Shown: positions 33,904 to 48,309, counted from the first letter of the whole stretch. The stretch is 63,751 nucleotides of DNA, filler included, from Octopus bimaculoides (GCF_001194135.2; 8 parts of 8 records of this genome joined end to end with filler, not necessarily neighbours in it), one strand, 5' to 3'. Numbers and translations: made by a program. The notes: generated by a model from the sequence alone, not told the origin.

Positions 33904-36900
33904 ATGATGGCTGTTCATTCGTAACCGGGGAAAACCATTACTGACCTTTAGGAACATTGTATACTCAAGACTTCCTTATACATTACATCTGTGGCTCCGT
34001 TGGTGACTAACGTGCTCTGCTCTTGACAAACATATATGACTGAAAACATTGCAGACCAAGCTCTCCCCATTCATTACACTAGCAGTGCATTTTCAAGAAG
34101 CATGCTTAAATCCGTCATGAAGAATATGTGCTCTTTCAAAGGCATCAACTCCCTCCTTTACTTGTTTCCTCCATCTGCGGTGATGACAGGCATTGCTCTC
34201 CCAGTCAGCCTCCCACATTTCACAGGCCTTTAATGAGGACTTTACACAGTCCTTAAATCACAGTCTTGGCTTCTGCTGGGGTCGCTTTCCACTAACAAGT
34301 TCCCCATATAGCATCTGTTTAGGGATCCTGCCATCATCCATTCTAACAAGGTGTCCAGTCCAACATAACCAGTGTTTGTGCACCATCGCCTTAATACTCA
34401 GGAGATCAGTTTTCCTCAGGACCTGTGTATCTGGAGTTTTTAAGGTCCAGCCAACATTCAGAATGTGTTTCAGACATCTCTGATGGAAGCATTCAAGGAC
34501 CTTTACATGACNNNNNNNNNNNNNNNNNNNNNNNNNNNNNNNNNNNNNNNNNNNNNNNNNNNNNNNNNNNNNNNNNNNNNNNNNNNNNNNNNNNNNNNNN
34601 NNNNNNNNNNNNNNNNNNNNNNNNNNNNNNNNNNNNNNNNNNNNNNNNNNNNNNNNNNNNNNNNNNNNNNNNNNNNNNNNNNNNNNNNNNNNNNNNNNNN
34701 NNNNNNNNNNNNNNNNNNNNNNNNNNNNNNNNNNNNNNNNNNNNNNNNNNNNNNNNNNNNNNNNNNNNNNNNNNNNNNNNNNNNNNNNNNNNNNNNNNNN
34801 NNNNNNNNNNNNNNNNNNNNNNNNNNNNNNNNNNNNNNNNNNNNNNNNNNNNNNNNNNNNNNNNNNNNNNNNNNNNNNNNNNNNNNNNNNNNNNNNNNNN
34901 NNNNNNNNNNNNNNNNNNNNNNNNNNNNNNNNNNNNNNNNNNNNNNNNNNNNNNNNNNNNNNNNNNNNNNNNNNNNNNNNNNNNNNNNNNNNNNNNNNNN
35001 NNNNNNNNNNNNNNNNNNNNNNNNAAGCAGAAATATGATTCACAAGTATTTGCATATCATTCACTGTATGAGTGACTAAGTCTCAGTCATCTGTATAAAA
35101 GAGGTCACAAATAATAGACTGAAAAACTTTTGAATTGGCAGCAAATTGAGGCAGGTTAAAAAGATGGCCAGAAGATCGAGACCTGACATATATCCCAGAA
35201 GAGTTGTCTACAGAAAAGCATGAGTAAGAGTAGCAGCAAAGTATAGAGAAAAGAGAGTTGGTGCAAGGATGTCACCCTGCTTGACACCATTCTCTACAGG
35301 AATGGGTCCTGCCATGCCACCACCAACATTGACCCAAGCCTCCATCGCATCATGAAATGATTTGATTATTGATACAAAGTGATCCAGACATCCAGGTTTG
35401 CCAAGTATTTTTGATAGGGAAACCCTATTCACAGTATCAAAGGCCTTTGTTAAATCAATGAATACCTGGACAAGATCCATATTCTGCTCATAGCACTTCT
35501 GCATCTGTCTCACTGTGAAAATCATATTCATTGTTCCTCTTCCAGATTGGAAACCACTTTGAGATTCAAATAGGACTTAATTTACAAGACACTTATTCAG
35601 GCAGGTAAGAAAAATAGTTGCCAGCAGCTGATAGCAGAGCAATACTTCTGTATTTGCCATACTCTCGTTCCCTTTCCATTATAGAGAGGAAGAATAATTG
35701 CATCCTTCCAGTCCTTAGGCATTGCACCATCCCTCCAGATTACACCAATAAGTTCATGAAGGGACTGTGTGATGTGATCACTATCAAATTGCAGGACCTC
35801 AGCACAAATACCAAGCTTACCAGGTGACTTACCATGATTCAATTGACTTGTAAGGAACGACCGTGCGAACTCATAAAAGGAGAAATGGTGACGAATGGAA
35901 GAACAGAGGACTCCTTTTATTTAAACGTGTCACACGGTCGAACACACAATTATATATCGATGGATGATATACATGATATGTTATGCGACGATAACATAGA
36001 TGACCAGTAATGAAAGACCACAACCGTATAAGATGAATAACAGAGATATTTATTGTAGCGTTAAAGATGTATGTCTGTGTGTGAGTGTGAATGCGACATA
36101 TAAGAACATAATCAAAGACAGGCCGTCATACAAAGAAAAGTGTGTATGTGAGTGATACATGTGTGTATGAGTGTTTACAGCAAATAGAAAGAGTCAATAA
36201 CACGTGAGCAATTATACCAGATCTTTAGTACACNNNNNNNNNNNNNNNNNNNNNNNNNNNNNNNNNNNNNNNNNNNNNNNNNNNNNNNNNNNNNNNNNNN
36301 NNNNNNNNNNNNNNNNNNNNNNNNNNNNNNNNNNNNNNNNNNNNNNNNNNNNNNNNNNNNNNNNNNNNNNNNNNNNNNNNNNNNNNNNNNNNNNNNNNNN
36401 NNNNNNNNNNNNNNNNNNNNNNNNNNNNNNNNNNNNNNNNNNNNNNNNNNNNNNNNNNNNNNNNNNNNNNNNNNNNNNNNNNNNNNNNNNNNNNNNNNNN
36501 NNNNNNNNNNNNNNNNNNNNNNNNNNNNNNNNNNNNNNNNNNNNNNNNNNNNNNNNNNNTCGTGTGGTACACGGAACAGTTCTCAAAGAGAAACTGGACC
36601 GAGACAAATTTGTGGGGTATGAGTTGATCTATTTATAGCGTTAAGATGGCTCCAAGACGGTGATAGAATTTTACTCTATCATGTGACCTTATTAGGGGCT
36701 GTGATTGGTCAGTTTGCGTTCTGGCGGGAACGGTTCGAAGAAGTTGCCGATTCGAATAATAATCAGTCACGTGATGACAAGGAACGGGTTCTCTACTACG
36801 CTTGCATTTATTTATATTTAAATGAGAAGATTGTATGTAATGGCGATAGTAGTTTTGTATCTAATGGCGGGAGGTAGTTTCACTACAGACTTATTGCTGT

Positions 36901-39163
36901 CATTACCTCATCTATTGAGTGTCAAGGAATTTAAGGAGCTAATGACAGGTCTCTGTTGCATAGTGTCAATCACTGCTTCATCCACAACTGACTCATGGTT
37001 TAGAAGTTCAGAAAAATGTTCAATCCAGTGACCTGTGATCTCTGTTGATTTAGTAAACAAAGTAGAAGACACTTTGGAAAGCAAAGGAGTTGGTGCAGAG
37101 CTCTTAGACCTATAAACCTACTTTATAAGATAGTAGAGCTTCTTGCTGCCATTTGCATCAGCAGCAGCCTGAACATCACGAGCAAGATCCTCCGATCAGG
37201 TATTCTGCGTCTTCCTGAGAGATTGCTGCAGTAGTGATTTTACACTGCTGTAGTGGGCAAGCGCTAGATTTCACTGCACAACTGAAAGTCCTCTCTGCAG
37301 TAATACATTGTGGGCATGGTATTTTACGACTGGTGGTCGCTGAACTTCAGCATTTTTTCATCAAACCAGTCTCTGTGTCTGGCAGTAGCATATCCCAGTG
37401 TTTCAGTAGCATATTGAAAAACCTGGTCTCGAAAATCTTCCCACACTGTAGTATTTTCAATGCTGAATAAATGATTCTAAAGCTCTTTCCTCATCACAGC
37501 ATCATATATCTTATGGACATTCAGACACCCTCTTCTTTCTTTCATTCTGATCATCATCTGAAACTTTGGTGGCACCAGGCTGTGATCCATCCAGCACTCC
37601 AAACCATGAAAGGACTTGACATTACAAATGTCATAGATGTCATGCTTGCGAATGATGACATAATCCAGCAAGTACCAAATTTTAGACCTTGGATGCATCC
37701 ATATTGTTGTGTGATCACGTCTGTGCATAAAATGAGTTCTTGCAATGTAAAGTCCGTATTCCTTGCAAAGTTCTAGAAGCATGAGACCATTGCTATTCAT
37801 CTTCCCTATACCAAAACATCCAAGAGAGTTCTATGCCTGCTGATCTGTTCCAACTCTGGCATTGAAATTCCCCAGCAGAATGACTTCATCAGAATTGGGG
37901 AATTTCCTAAGTATTTTCCTAATTGGGTATAGAAAATAATTTTATCTTCATCAATACTGGTTAAAGTAGGTGCATAGGCACTAAGTAGCAAATCACCCAT
38001 CATTTATAGGAACAGGAAGCTCTTCCAAGTTCTTAAGGATTTCAGATTGAACTGCAAAGCCAGCACCAGCCCCTCTGCACTCTTCCTTCAGTTTCCCTTC
38101 CAAAAAAAGGTGTATCCACCTCCTACTTCATGCTGACCATCACGTAATACACGAATCTCTGAAAGTGCAGCTACATCAGTGTTATAACAGCTCAGTCCGC
38201 GAGCAATAAGTGCAGTGCATCTTTCAGACCCACAGTCACGCTTATCCTACAGAGTGTGCATATTCCAACATGAAATATTCAAGTTCCAACCAGATTTTAT
38301 AAGTATTCTCTTTGCTTTTCGAGCGCAGGTTGGACATCTGTCAGTCATGCTAAACTGACCAAATAGAGAAAGACAGGCAATTTTTGGTTCACCTTTTCTA
38401 GAATCTCCACAGCCTTTGGATGAGCAGTGTTCTCTCCAAATGGAGCTGCTCTGACACCCATGCAGCAACCAAATACCATCGCTGTCTTAGGCAACAAGGA
38501 GACAACTTTATATCTAACATGGGTTGCCTACATGCAGGTCACTGACTACATGCTTCCAACCTGTCAGGTCTGCATGCTTTGCCACCTTTCCATTGCCACA
38601 GGATGTCTGAATAAAAATATATATAGATATATACCTAAGAAAAAAAAAAAAAAGAGAAGCAATGCACATGTAAAGGAAAAAGTCAGCAATGCCTGTGCAA
38701 AGTTTTAGGTCCAATAAGGCTTGCACAACACCTCATAGACATTCTATTGACATTATCTAGAGACAAGCTGAGAGAACATCTGGTGCCAATATCAGTTGCA
38801 GGGTCAGGGATGTAGGAGCACCATGATCTCAAGCATAAGTAAAAGATCCCCAAAATGTCCAATGTCATTCCCTGCATATCTGGTTTTATATCAGAGTAGC
38901 CTTCTAGAGACATGCTTCAACAAGAGCTAAGGGGTGCCTCACTTCCAGTGGTCTTCCAGCATGCTGGGCACCATTCCAGAATTTCTGCATGTCTGTGCTA
39001 TGTCTGTGCTAGATAGTCAAAGCTGCACTAGGTTCATCTGGCCTTTTAACAGGCCTTCTTTTAGTCCCAACCCTCCTCACCAGGATAGCCTATTGGGAGT
39101 GCCAGTTTAGTTGCCAACAACCCGACCATGCAACAGGTTATACTGGGTTCCATATCAGTAGCA
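33904..39163 (-). mobile_element. Near full-length decayed RTE-clade LINE (long 5' UTR, APE endonuclease, RT, single C2H2 finger), interrupted by an LTR
   Basis: APE motifs ISCWNMHTL, VAALSE, LLSAYAPT, GDFNAR-like, WYLLDYVI, DHSLV. RT motifs GKSPG, IDLTKAFDTV, GVKQGDILAP, GRIPKQMLYGEL. C-terminus VCNVFSHICLSRAEHVSHQRSH, stop at 33976-33978, tail ACAGCCATCAT+(AT)n. Many stops and frameshifts. Confidence 0.93.
35849..36887. mobile_element. Solo-LTR-like insertion (TGTA...TACA, 4-bp TSD GACT) nested in the RTE RT
   Basis: GACT at 35845-35848 and 36888-36891. Removing the insert plus one GACT restores the RTE frame IDEVMTAIS|QLNHGKSPGKLGICAEVLQ. Contains an N gap (36234-36560). Confidence 0.85.
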
Positions 39164-39302
39164 CACACACACACACACATGCACACACAGACACATACAC
39201 ACACACACACATACACACACACACACACGCACGCACATATATATATGAACAGATATACAAGTATACATAAACATATATATAATAGAAATATTTATAGATA
39301 TG

Positions 39303-39333
<31 letters not shown>

Positions 39334-39741
39334 GTACATACATACATAATGTCTATATCCTAGAAGACGATGCCCTGCTATGGCCATGCAGTAATGACTA
39401 AAGCAGTGTTTGAATAATAGAATGGGTGTGTGTGTGTATGTGTGTATGTGTGTATGTGTGTGTATGATATATATATATAGATAACTTTATCTGAAGGCAT
39501 ACCTTCCTATCATTCTGAGCTTGCCTGTATGTAAGTGTGTCTACTTTTATTTAAGTGTTGAAAACCTATCTATAACTTCCTGGAGACCTCCTCCCCCCTC
39601 TCTCTCTCTATCTGTCTGTCTATCTATCTAACTGTCTGTCTATCTGTCTATTTATCTATGTTTGTATTTTGTCTCTCTCTCTCTCTTTCATTTTCTCTCT
39701 CTCTCTTTCTGTATATGTGTGATAGAAACATATGTATATAC

Positions 39742-40192
39742 CTAGGCATGGTTGTGCGGCAAGAAGTTTGCTTCCCAACCACATGGTTCCAGGTTCACTT
39801 CCACAGTGTAACACCTTGGTCAAGTGTCTTCTACTATAGCCTTGGACTGACTTATGAGTGAATTTGGTAGACAAAAACTGAAAGAAACCCATCATATATA
39901 TGTGTGTGTGTGTGTGCATGTGTGTGTGTGCATGCATGTGTGTGTGTGCATGCATGTGTGTGTGTGTGTGCATGCATGAATGTGTGTGCCTGCGTTTGAC
40001 CTCCACTGCTGCTTGACAACTGGTGTCGGTGTGCTTACATACCTGTAATGTAGCAGTTTGGGAAAAGAGATTGATAAAATAAGTACCAGGTTTTTAAAAA
40101 AAATAAAGTACTAGGGTAAATTCCTTCAGCTAAACTTCTTTAAGGTGGTACTCCAGCATGTCTGCAGTCTAATGGCTGTAAAAGAAAAAGAT
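39742..40192 (+). mobile_element. Full-length diverged tRNA-SINE with internal (GT/GCAT)n microsatellite
   Basis: Same head, core, microsatellite and 3' body as 13365-13800. Confidence 0.8.
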
Positions 40193-40798
40193 TATATGTG
40201 TATTTAAAATAAAAAATGAAAAAGCAAAACATTTTCCTTTTTTCATTTTAATCTATATCTCCCTGAAGTCTCAACACCACATTTTCAGCTGCAGTTCAAG
40301 TAATAGTTTTAGTGGTAAACTAAACAGAGCAGTCATAGTACATACCTATTACATTACATCAGTTGACAAAAACTTCTCATATATTCTCTATCTATTTATA
40401 TATGCATCTTTGTATCTGTATACTTTCTGTTTTGTTTGTTTTTACATCGGTCTATCTATATTGGCATGGGTTAGACAAATACATTATCTATGCATAGATA
40501 TATAGGGGTAAACATTATTCTGTTTGCTATGTCGGATACATAAGGTGTTCGTTTTGGTAAGGTGAGGATTTTGTTTATTTTTATATATCTCCAACTGTAC
40601 TATACTGACGAGCGAAAGCTAAATTTTATTCTGGTAAACGTGAAATCGTTCGACATAGTTGAGTTGATTTTTTAAAAAAGGTTGGGTTTTTTTAAGAGTT
40701 GCTTTTCCTCACATTCGGTAATAAAATGTGTTTATTTGGGAAGTCTAGTGTGTGGCATTATTCTGCAGTAATGCCCTTATATGAATATATATATATAC

Positions 40799-40832
<34 letters not shown>

Positions 40833-40932
40833 NNNNNNNNNNNNNNNNNNNNNNNNNNNNNNNNNNNNNNNNNNNNTTAATTAATTAANNNNNNNNNNNN
40901 NNNNNNNNNNNNNNNNNNNNNNNNNNNNNNNN

Positions 40933-40963
<31 letters not shown>

Positions 40964-42149
40964 CCCCTTTATACATTTTGATTGTACATTATACAATAGC
41001 CAGATAGCAATTATGATCCTAGAAATCAGGCAAACATCTCTCATGTAACATGGAAGCAATGTCAATGTGACCAACTATTCCATGTTGCATGTGATTTCAA
41101 GGAATTAATTCAAATACGTTTTACTTAAAATAATTAATGCAGCTTTATTAAAGTGTTCCTATGTCCATCTTGAAGCCCTACAAAGTTGCATGACTTTCTA
41201 TCAGGGTTCTGCTTCTAAATATTTGGCTTTGATGTATTCTTGACACTAAAATTCATTTGTGAACCTGAATAGTTCCTTTCAAGATACATTTATATCTATT
41301 ATATTGCCATACACATGATGCATGAAATATCGGTTTATATGCTTGCATAGCATTGGGGCTTCTCTATAATGGAAGGATGTTCAATAACTCATACCGTTAT
41401 TCCTTGACTCAACCATACGCGCCACTATTTACACACCCTTGTATGTATAAGATCATGAATGCCTATGTGTGTGCATATACACACACACACACGCGCATAT
41501 ATAAAAGTGTGTATGATGTTTCTACTTGCGTGCATGTAGGCATATGCGAAAATATGTGTGCAACAATATATATGTCTAATGGTTGCATGTGTGTACATCT
41601 GTGCATGTGTGTATATGCGTGCATGTGTATGTGTGTGTGTATGTGTGTGTGTGTGTGTGTGTATGCTTGTGTGTGTGTGTGTCGAGATGTAGAAATAGCA
41701 GAAAGTGTACCCAATACATATAGTCATAGAGTTTATGTGTTCAACTAAATCTGAACATTCCCTCAGCCATTCATTTTGTGTGATTCTTCAGGTGACAAAA
41801 TGACGAATAGAAGAACTTGCTTAAGGGTTTTAGAACGTGAAACAGCAAATAAGTTGATCTTCATTGCTCAGCTTTTGTCTGGTGGTAACAGCTAAAAAGA
41901 GAGACGGGTGGAACCATTAGTGGTTGAGATTAATCTCTGCTGAAATAGTTTACTTGTCACTCTCAATGGAAATAAGAATTGGTGATGCTTAATTACAGGA
42001 TGTAACACTATACAGTGGTGAGTCAGGATGGCATGACCAATGAATTGTGTGTGGAGTGATAATACAACGGGTGATTCTCCAATGACCCTTACAGTCTTTG
42101 CACACATACAGAATTTGAGCATTTTTGTTCAACATAGATGCAAGCACGT

Positions 42150-42305
42150 CTTTGTGCTAATAAGCTTCCTTTCTAATGATATGGTTCCAGGTTCAGTCCC
42201 ATTGCATGGAACTTTGGACAAGTGCCTTCTGTAATAGCCTTGGGCCAACCAAAGCCCTGTGAGTGGTTTTGGTAGGCAAAAAGTGAAAGAAGCCCATATA
42301 TATGT
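42150..42305 (+). mobile_element. tRNA-SINE 5' half
   Basis: B-box GGTTCAGTCCC, core actttggacaagtgccttct, ends aagaagcccatatata. Confidence 0.75.
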
Positions 42306-42430
42306 ATATGAAGAAATAAAAGGATCTTTTTTCCAAAATTCTGACGACTTATTTTTTCTCTATATTCAATTCTGTACATCACACCTAACACTACACACAC
42401 ACACACACACACGCGCACGCACACGCACAG

Positions 42431-42492
<62 letters not shown>

Positions 42493-42829
42493 TTAAGTTC
42501 TTCTTGAGACAGTTCAAGCTGGTTGCTAACAAAGTGAGAACGTTTTTTGTGTTCCAAGTGTTTGTAAATATGGGATGATTGAGTTGGTACATTGGTTGAA
42601 CTGTTGGTGCAGACTCCAAAATATGTGCATCTATTTATTCACATAAGAATCTCACATGGGGAATTTTTGGAATGTCTTACAAATCCTTATTGTACCACTA
42701 ATAACTTGAAACTGGAGAATCTCCATCAGTTTCTTTTGCTTTTCTTTTTTGGGGGAAACCAAGTATTTCTAGGTTTTGCTGCCAATTTATTGCTATACAG
42801 CTTAATGCACATATGATGATAGGTCATCC

Positions 42830-43155
42830 GCATTATCATTTAACGTCTGTTGTTCTTGCTGGCATGGGTTGGACAGTTAGACCAGGGTTAGTACACTGGA
42901 AGGCTGCATCAGGCTCCAGTCTGATTTGGCAGGGTTTCTACAGCTGGATGCCCTTCCTAATGCCAACCATTCTGAGAGTGTAATGGGTGTTTTGACGTGC
43001 CACTGGCATGGGTGCCATTTGTGTGACACCCGTATCTGCCATGGCTGCAGTTTTACTTAGTTTAATGGGTCTTCTTCTCAAGCACGATGTAATATGAAAG
43101 GTCTCAGGCATTGCCTCTGTGAGGCCGAACACTTGAAAGGTGCTTTTTATGTGCC
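42830..43155 (-). mobile_element. RTE-type 3'-tail repeat (older copy)
   Basis: ctacagctggatgcccttcctaatgccaacca shared with 46621-46970 and 51548-51780. Confidence 0.8.
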
Positions 43156-45156
43156 ACTCACACACACACACACACACATGCATGTACACACACTCTCTCA
43201 CGCCCACACACACATATCCATGCACATTCACACCTCCCCACATACATAGATGTAAATATGTTTCAGATGGGTTAGATTACAATTATATTAGGATTTGTCA
43301 GAAAGATTTGTTGTGGGAGAAGAGTTTTGGATAATTCACCTGTGATGGCTTTGTTTTCTCATAATTTTCAGAAAAATGGGTATTTTGCAATGAAATTTTC
43401 TACAAATGCCTAGATACACAAATCATTTCACTTCATTCAATATGTGATATTTAGCCATGACAAACCTTAAAATTTTCATGATTCCTGTCTTTTCCCCATT
43501 AACACCTCAGTTTATTTTTCATTGCTTTCTCTGTAATCTTGTCTGTTTTCTCTGAATGTCTCCAACATTCTGAGCGTCCATGGCAAATGTCCGCTACAAA
43601 GTCTACCACTTGCTCTCTTCTGCTCTTTCAGACTGCATTGCTTGGTTTATTCTGCAGTCAATCACCAGCAAGTTTAATAAAATTACAAATCGGCATCAGT
43701 ATTGATTTCAATCATTCAGTATTTGACGGGTTTGGATGGAAACTGTATTTTTGACTTGTTTTATTTTAAGAAGTTAATGCTGGAATAAGATATGAAAAAT
43801 ACAAATCGAATATGCTGAAATGATGTTATTGAAGAAAGCTTGTCAAAAGCATGTCAATTGGTCTACTTAAAAGAAAAACAAAAACTGTAAAATAAAAGTG
43901 AGAAAAATAGAAGCCTATTTAACAGCATTTCCTGCAATGAAATGCAAGCTGAAAGGTTGTTACCAGATGTATCTTGTTACAAATCTAAATATGCACTTAG
44001 AATAAGTGATGCTACCTATCTGCACATTTAATAAGAAATTTATATATATAAAAAAGAAAGAGATCTAACTGGAATGTTGAGGATGATGATGGCTTGGAAT
44101 ACCTTCAATTAAAACTATACATTAAATTGCTGAAAGGCATTGAGGCCTTAAATAAAATTCCACCAGAATGAGAGTACATGTCTTTCAGTATATTTCTTAC
44201 TGTTAAAGTTGAATCCTGGTAAATAAAATCAGCAATAAATGAAATGAATAAATAAAATAGAAATAAAGATAGAAACAAAATAAATATAAAATAAAATAAA
44301 TTGTTGTGAGATTCATTCTTTTCAATCTGTTTAGTCACAAGTTGATGTTTATTTGGCTTTTCTATCTTTTAGCTTTTATTTTTTTAATCTTTACCATATT
44401 TCTTGTCATTAGAATATGCGGTCATACTGGGGCACTAGCTGGAAGGGTTCAGTCAAACAAATTGACCTTGGTACTTTTTTTTACGTTTGGTACTTAGTCT
44501 ATCAGTCACTTTTGCCAAATCAATATACATGCAGGCATCCATGAATACATACATGCATAAATAGATACATACAAATGTTGTGATCTACTATTAAAGCCTG
44601 ATATCCTCCATTCACGTATTATACCATTCTTATATATACATCCTGGAACTAGTAAATGTGACTTATGTTAGAAGAATTTTACCAAATTTTTACATCTAAG
44701 TGTAATATAATATATTCTAGACAAGAACAAACTTTAAGATACTTCCACATGAGAAAATTCACTTTTGCCCAGTATGAATGAATAATAAGCATTTAAACAA
44801 TAGAACGTCTTGAAATAATGGGTTATAAGTGACTATCCAATCAAAACTTGAATTGAAGATAATTCAACTCTATATAATCAATGCTGAGTTGATAAACGGA
44901 AAACTTTAAACAATTAAGTCATAGGATATTAAAGTGAAGACCCTAAAGATAGTGCACTGGTATTATAGTTGGATTGCAATTGTAATGGTTGATGCAGTTG
45001 AAACATATGTAGGTCTATGTAAAGCTGTATATATAAAAAGGAATTAAAAGTAATGCTATTCGACTTCGTCATAATCCTTATTATTATTACTGATATTACA
45101 TACTGCAGGAAACGTGTATGGTTAAAGTAATATATTTAAAATTATTCAATAGAATA

Positions 45157-46038
45157 TTGGTCTGATCAATAAGTATCCGGACTGTTGCCATAGTAACGAA
45201 GCTAAAGCATGGAGAGTAAAGCTGCTTGGCACAAATTGACCTTGAACTCTTCTGTGAATGTGTACTAAGTTTTAACCATTTAGCATCTTTCTGCTGTTTA
45301 CAGCAGTGCTTGGAAGGAAAGTGTGTAGTGTATGATTGTCACATTGACCATGACAGAGAATTTTGAGCATCAAATTTTGCCAAAAGCTTGGCGAAAGCTG
45401 CTCAGAGGCCTACACAAAGTTTTCAAAATATTTTCATCATTCTTGACACAGTCAAAGAGATCTTGTGCAACTGAGACCTGAGTGATATTTGGGTCAACTG
45501 AAAGCAGTTTTGGCACAAACTTGGCAGACACGCATCTCATACCCAACCCTTCAATGATAATGGACTGAACTGAATCGTAACTAATCTGCACATCTTCTGA
45601 TAACTCACGGCGATTCAATGATTTCTCCTCACATCTGCTCGCACATCTGTAATGTTTTTCTCAGTTCTGCTGGTTGTGACTCTCCCAGAATGTTTGTCAA
45701 TATCAACGTTTTTTTCAGCCATCTTGGAAACGTCTAAACTACTTGTATGCTTGTGTGTGGCTCATACACTCCTCTCCATACACTTTCTGCAACTTTGTGT
45801 AGGCCTCTGAGCAGGTATCACCATGACAGCTTTCTCTGTCGTGGTCATTGCGACAATGACACACTACACACATTCCTTTGAAGCACTGCTGTAAATAGTG
45901 GAAGTGAGCTAGAACGTTAAAACTTAGTGTGCATGCAGAGCTGAGATCAAGGTCAATCTTTGCTGAGTGTCTTTATTCTGTGTGCTTTAACTTTGTTACT
46001 ATGGCAACATCCTGGATACTTATTGATCAGACCTCGTG
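45157..46038 (-). mobile_element. Non-autonomous mariner derivative with long inverted ends and N-terminal transposase remnant
   Basis: Terminal GGTCTGATCAATAAGTATCC inverted at both ends; TA at 46039-46040. Remnant reads YTKLQKVYGEECMS...RRELSEDVQISYDSVQSII...LGMRCVSAKFVPKLL (mariner HTH and WVPxxL-type linker). Confidence 0.9.
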
Positions 46039-46145
46039 TATCTCTATGAGAATTATTAGATTTATATCTTAAATATTGAAAACCTATTTTGAATACCACA
46101 CTGTGAGCAAACCGGAAAACATTTGGAAAAACCCCTTACTAATTA

Positions 46146-46183
<38 letters not shown>

Positions 46184-46187
<4 letters not shown>

Positions 46188-46525
46188 CCACCAGCATAGG
46201 TGCCAATTTGCATGGCACTGGTATCTGCCAAGATTGCAATTTTGCTCGGCTTGATGGATCTTCTTCTTAAGCATGACATAATGCCAAAGGTCTTGACAAA
46301 AATTTTCTTCCTCAAATGCCCCTGCCCCTCTCATAATTCCTTGTCTTGTGAATTACTTGTTTACCCTGCCAGTGCTGGTGCCACGTTAAATGCATCCAGT
46401 CCATAAAAACCCTGCCAAAACAGACACAGTAGCCTAAGGTAGTTTTTCTACCTGGTTAGCTCCTGTCAACTGTTCTGCCTTTGCGTGCATGGGTGGTAAA
46501 CACTGATGTTGATGATGATGATGAT

Positions 46526-46528
<3 letters not shown>
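46184..46528. mobile_element. Composite of diverged RTE-type tail repeat pieces (46184-46290 minus-like; 46360-46528 plus with (GAT)n tail)
   Basis: 46184-46290 aligns with 43000-43100; 46360-46528 aligns with 5871-6066. Confidence 0.55.
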
Positions 46529-46594
<66 letters not shown>

Positions 46595-46620
46595 GTATAT
46601 ATATATGTATATATATATAT

Positions 46621-46967
46621 CATCATCATCATCATCATCATCATCGTTTAACGTCCGCTTTCCATGCTAGCATGGGTTGGACGATTTGACTGGTGAAACC
46701 AGATGGCTACACCAGGCTCCAATCTGATTAGGCAGAGTTTCTACAGCTGGATGCCCTTCCTAACGCCAACCACTCAGAGAGTGTAGTGGGTGCTTTTACG
46801 TGTCACCCACACGAAGGCCAGTCAGGCGGTACTGGCAACGGCCATGCTCAAAATGGTGCATTTCATGTGCCACCCAGACAAGAGCCAGTCCAGGGGCACT
46901 GGCAACGATCTCGCTCGAAAAATCCCACAAAGGCCAGGCCAGCCAAGCGGCTCTGGCAACAGTCACG

Positions 46968-46970
<3 letters not shown>
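46621..46970 (-). mobile_element. RTE-type 3'-tail repeat, young copy with (GAT)n tail
   Basis: Highly similar to 51548-51780 over ~170 bp. Minus strand reads aggaagggcatccagctgtagaaa...gcggacgttaaacgatgatgatg. Confidence 0.88.
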
Positions 46971-47018
<48 letters not shown>

Positions 47019-48226
47019 GCATATATATATGTTTGCACATGTGTGTGTATGTGTGTGAGTGTGTGCATGAGTTTATATGCATGCACACTTAGACACATAG
47101 GCAGAGATATGTGTACATTTACATCTATATAAATTCCTTCTCTGATTTAGCTGAAGCTGCTTTCCTGTCTGTCCTTAATCTAATGAGTTGCATCATTATG
47201 AAGTATTAACAGGAGAAATGTTAGTGTGAGAATTATTATTTGTATGAAATACCAGTGTGCAAGGATTTCCTATTTTGTAAGAAATAATGCTACGAAATTA
47301 TTAATGATTCCTACTTCAAATGGCACTCTTAACGCTTTGCATGTGACTCTTCCATTTGTTGGATTTTGTATGGAGAGATGAGAATGTTGTAAGTTGAGAA
47401 ACTTGCCACAAATAGGAAGACATAATGAAGAATATTGTAAACAGTTGAATTTAGATGCAATAATAAATTGAGGCAAGGATTGAGAAGTAGACCAAAATCT
47501 TTTACAGAATGCTGAAGACATTCAACAATGTTGGCCAGAGAAGTGTTTGCTAATTGTGTACTCGAGTTCTGAGAAGTATAAGAACTCACAAGAGACCAGA
47601 GGTTCTGAGTCAAGTCCTCTGCTAATGAACAAAATCAAATTGAAGTAATGATGAAACTGTATCAAGGGAATGGCAAATTGAATTTTTAAAAAATCAATAA
47701 CTGTATCAATACAGATATGTTATGAAGCGAGTTTGATGGTGGTGGTGGTGGTGGCAGGGGCGGGGGATAGATCAAGGAATACATGATGTAGAAACAAGAC
47801 ATAACTACAGAACCTTAGCAGTAGTACACAACCACAATGCTATGGTGGTGCTTAATTGCCAGATAACTTACCATTTACATTAATATTTTCATTTCCTTTT
47901 TTGTTAAATATTAAAATCGATATATCCAGTATATAATTTCATATTCATAAGTTTAACAACATAGGTTTTATTGAAGTAAAATATTGAAATTTACTTGGTT
48001 GATATTAGTGTAATAATTAAGAAGATATTTTCTCATTGTTTCCATCTTATGTAATCACAAAGAAATGATTACTTCCATCAGTAGAATTCATTGAAGATTC
48101 AAATTACTTTTGAAATTTGTATTATATAACTTAATTTTTTGAAACATATTTTATAAAAGTCTCTTAATCATAAATCTATTATTAATCTACAGTTGTTTAA
48201 AAAAAAAATATGGGCACACACACTCG

Positions 48227-48259
<33 letters not shown>

Positions 48260-48309
48260 TCACACACACACACAAATATATGCATTCATGCATAAAGAAA
48301 TTGTAAAGG

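Noticed and set aside
40600-40660. CTGACGA-GC-GAAA-GC-TAAA hammerhead-like core
   Set aside because: The conserved GAAA after stem II is TAAA and no stems I or III can be drawn.
41780-42120. Candidate upstream SHMT exon after ttcttcag|
   Set aside because: No frame on either strand gives SHMT motifs, and the frames are interrupted by stops.
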